This document shows, piece after piece, positions 61,690 to 64,000 of a stretch of 64,000 nucleotides of DNA (the first letter of the stretch is position 1; each line of letters opens with the position of its first letter). Source of the DNA: Squalus acanthias (lineage: Eukaryota); contig CM059432.1 of assembly GCA_030390025.1 (NCBI GenBank), positions 141,548,001 to 141,612,000 on the forward strand, given 5' to 3'. Below the pieces are notes generated by a model that saw nothing but the letters and a program-made list of their open reading frames with translations, did not search any database and was not told the origin of the DNA. Both the position numbers and the translations under genes were made by a program.

Positions 61690-63666
61690 TCACATGACTG
61701 CCCTTGACATCAAGGCAGCATTTGGCCGAGTGTGGCATCAAGGCGCCCTAGCAAAACCGAAGTAAATGGGAATCAGGGGAAAACTCTCCACTGGCTGGAG
61801 TCATACCTAGCACAAAGGAAGATGGTTGTGTTTGTTGGAGGCCAATCATCTCAGCCCCAGGACATCGCTGCAGGAGTTCCTCAGGGCAGTGTCCTAGGCC
61901 CAACCACCTTCAGCTGCTTCATCAATGACCTTCTCTGCATCATAACATCAGAAGTAAGGATGTTTGCTGATGATTACCCAGTTTTCAGTTCCATTTGAAC
62001 TCATCAGATAATGAAACCATTCGTGCCCATGTGCAGCAAACCCATGACAACACCCAGGCTTGGGCTGATAAGTGGCAAATAATATTTGCACCACACAAGT
62101 GCCAGGCAATGACCATCTCCAACAAGAGAAAGTCCAGCCACCTTCCCTTGAAATTCAATGGCATTACCATCATTGAATCCTCCACCACCAACATCCTTGG
62201 GGGTCACCATTGACCAGAAACTTAATTGGACCAGCCACATAAATACTGTGGCTACAAGAGCAGGTCAGAGGCTAGGTATTCTGCAGCGAGTGACTCACCT
62301 CCTTACTCCCCGAAGCCTTTTCACCACCTACAATGCACAAGTCAGGAGTGTGATGGAATACTCTTCACTCACCTGGTTGGGTGCAGCTTCAACAACACTC
62401 AAGAAGCTCAACACCATCCAGGACAAAGCAGCCCATAAGAACATAAGAACATAAGAAATAGGAGCAGGAGTAGGCCAATTGGCCCCTCGAGCCTGCTCTG
62501 CCATTCAATAAGATCATGGCTGATCTGATCCTAACCGCCAATCTACTATCACAGAACCATCTCCTGAACCTAACAGAATTGGGCACACGAAATAGGAGCA
62601 GGATCAGGCTACACGGCCCCTGGGCCCGCTACGCTACCCACAGGGCCATGACCGATCCGAACCTAGACTCATGTCCAAATTCCTGCCCGCTCCCCGTAAC
62701 CCTTAATTCCCTTTACTTCTTGGAAACTGTCTATTTCTGTTTTAAATTTATGTAATGATGTAGCTTCTACAGCTTTTTGGGGCAGCATATTCCATGGACC
62801 TACCACCCTGTGAGTGAAGTAGTTCCTTCTCATCTCAGTTTTGAAAGAGCAGCCCCTTATTCTAAGACTATGCCCCCTAGTTCTAGTTTCACCCATCATT
62901 GGGAACATCCTCCCGCATCCACCCGATCCAACCCCCTTCACAATCTTATATGTTTCAATAAGATCGCCTCTCATTCTTCTGAACTCCAATGAGTAGAGTC
63001 CCAATCTACCCAACCTCTCCTCATATGTCCATCCCCTCATCCCCGGATTAACCGAGTGAACCTTCTTTGTACTGACTCGAGAGCAAGTATGTCTTTTCTT
63101 AAGTATGGACACCAAAACTGTATGCAGTATTCCAGGTGCGGTCTCACCAATACCTTGTACAACTGAAGCAATACCTCCCTATTTTTATATTCTATCCCCC
63201 TAGCAATGAAAGCCAACATTCCATTGGCCTTTTGTTTGCCACTTGTTTGCCACCCCATCCACCATCTTAAACATTCACTCCCTCCACCACCGGTGCACCG
63301 TGGCTGCAGTGTGTACCATCTATAAGGTGCACTGCAGCAACTCTACAAGGCTTCTTTGACAGCACCTTCCAAACCCGCAACCTCTACCACCTAGGGCAGC
63401 AGGGGCATGGGAACACCACCACCTCCAAGTTCCCCTCCTAGCCACACCATCCTGATTTGGAACATGTATCAGCCGCACCTTCATCGTCGCTGGGTCAAAA
63501 TCCTGGAACTCCCTATCTGACAGCACCGTGGGAGTACCTTCACCTCACGGGACTGCAGCAGTTTAAGAAGGCGGCTCACCACCAACTTCTCAAGGGCAAT
63601 TAGGGATGGGCAATAAATGCTGGCCTTGCCAGCGACACCCACATCCCGTGAATCAATAAAAAAAAG
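61690..63666 (+). mobile_element. Second-family CR1-like LINE split by an opposite-strand CR1 (about 62436-63232)
   Basis: [19 protein letters not shown]; resumes near 63240 and ends in poly-A. Confidence 0.85.
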
Positions 63667-64000
63667 AGACAGCGGTGAGATACAGAGGAATCGGACGCTG
63701 CCTCTCCGTCACCGTATACTTGCGGCAGGTGGTGAAGGTGTGGCCGCCCCTAACAGGGCTGCAGGGTAGGAATTATATTCCAGGGCTGGAATGCAATTTT
63801 AACCCTAACCCCTTTGGGGGATCCAGGTACCAACATCAGCCTGGACTCAAGGTTGGCCCCCACTTTATCCAGGATAGCAGGCCGCAACAAACAAAATCCT
63901 AGACCCAGAGTTTGGAACTATGCTATTGAGGAAGGCATTATTAAAAGATGGCTACCCATTGGAGGCTGGTAGTACCGCTTAATTTCCCCTGGCTTACCAC

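Overview
Repeat-rich vertebrate genomic DNA, most likely from a cartilaginous fish (inferred from HE1/V-SINE and DeuSINE-type SINEs and abundant CR1/L2 LINEs). Three host genes can be read exon by exon: the last five coding exons of an ENTPD3-like ectonucleotidase (+, 830-8961), a complete six-exon RPL14 (-, 21786-16263, 138 aa, 5'TOP promoter), and the first two coding exons of GASK1A/FAM198A (+, ATG 50465, exon 59334-60830). The rest is nested transposons: CR1, L2, RTE and Tx1-like LINEs, Penelope-like (GIY-YIG) elements, SINEs, a hAT MITE and several PIF/Harbinger elements, including a full-length but defective two-gene copy (42704-47422). Most notable: (i) two families of minimal type I hammerhead ribozyme motifs in Penelope-like sequences, one inside a 197-bp insertion with a perfect 63-bp inverted repeat; (ii) an ENTPD3-like protein with changes at normally conserved active-site and disulfide positions; (iii) Harbinger elements of several sizes sharing a terminal-repeat core. 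I found no wholly new multi-gene system. Repeat boundaries without a stated TSD or TIR are approximate, and comparisons to known proteins are from memory, not database searches.
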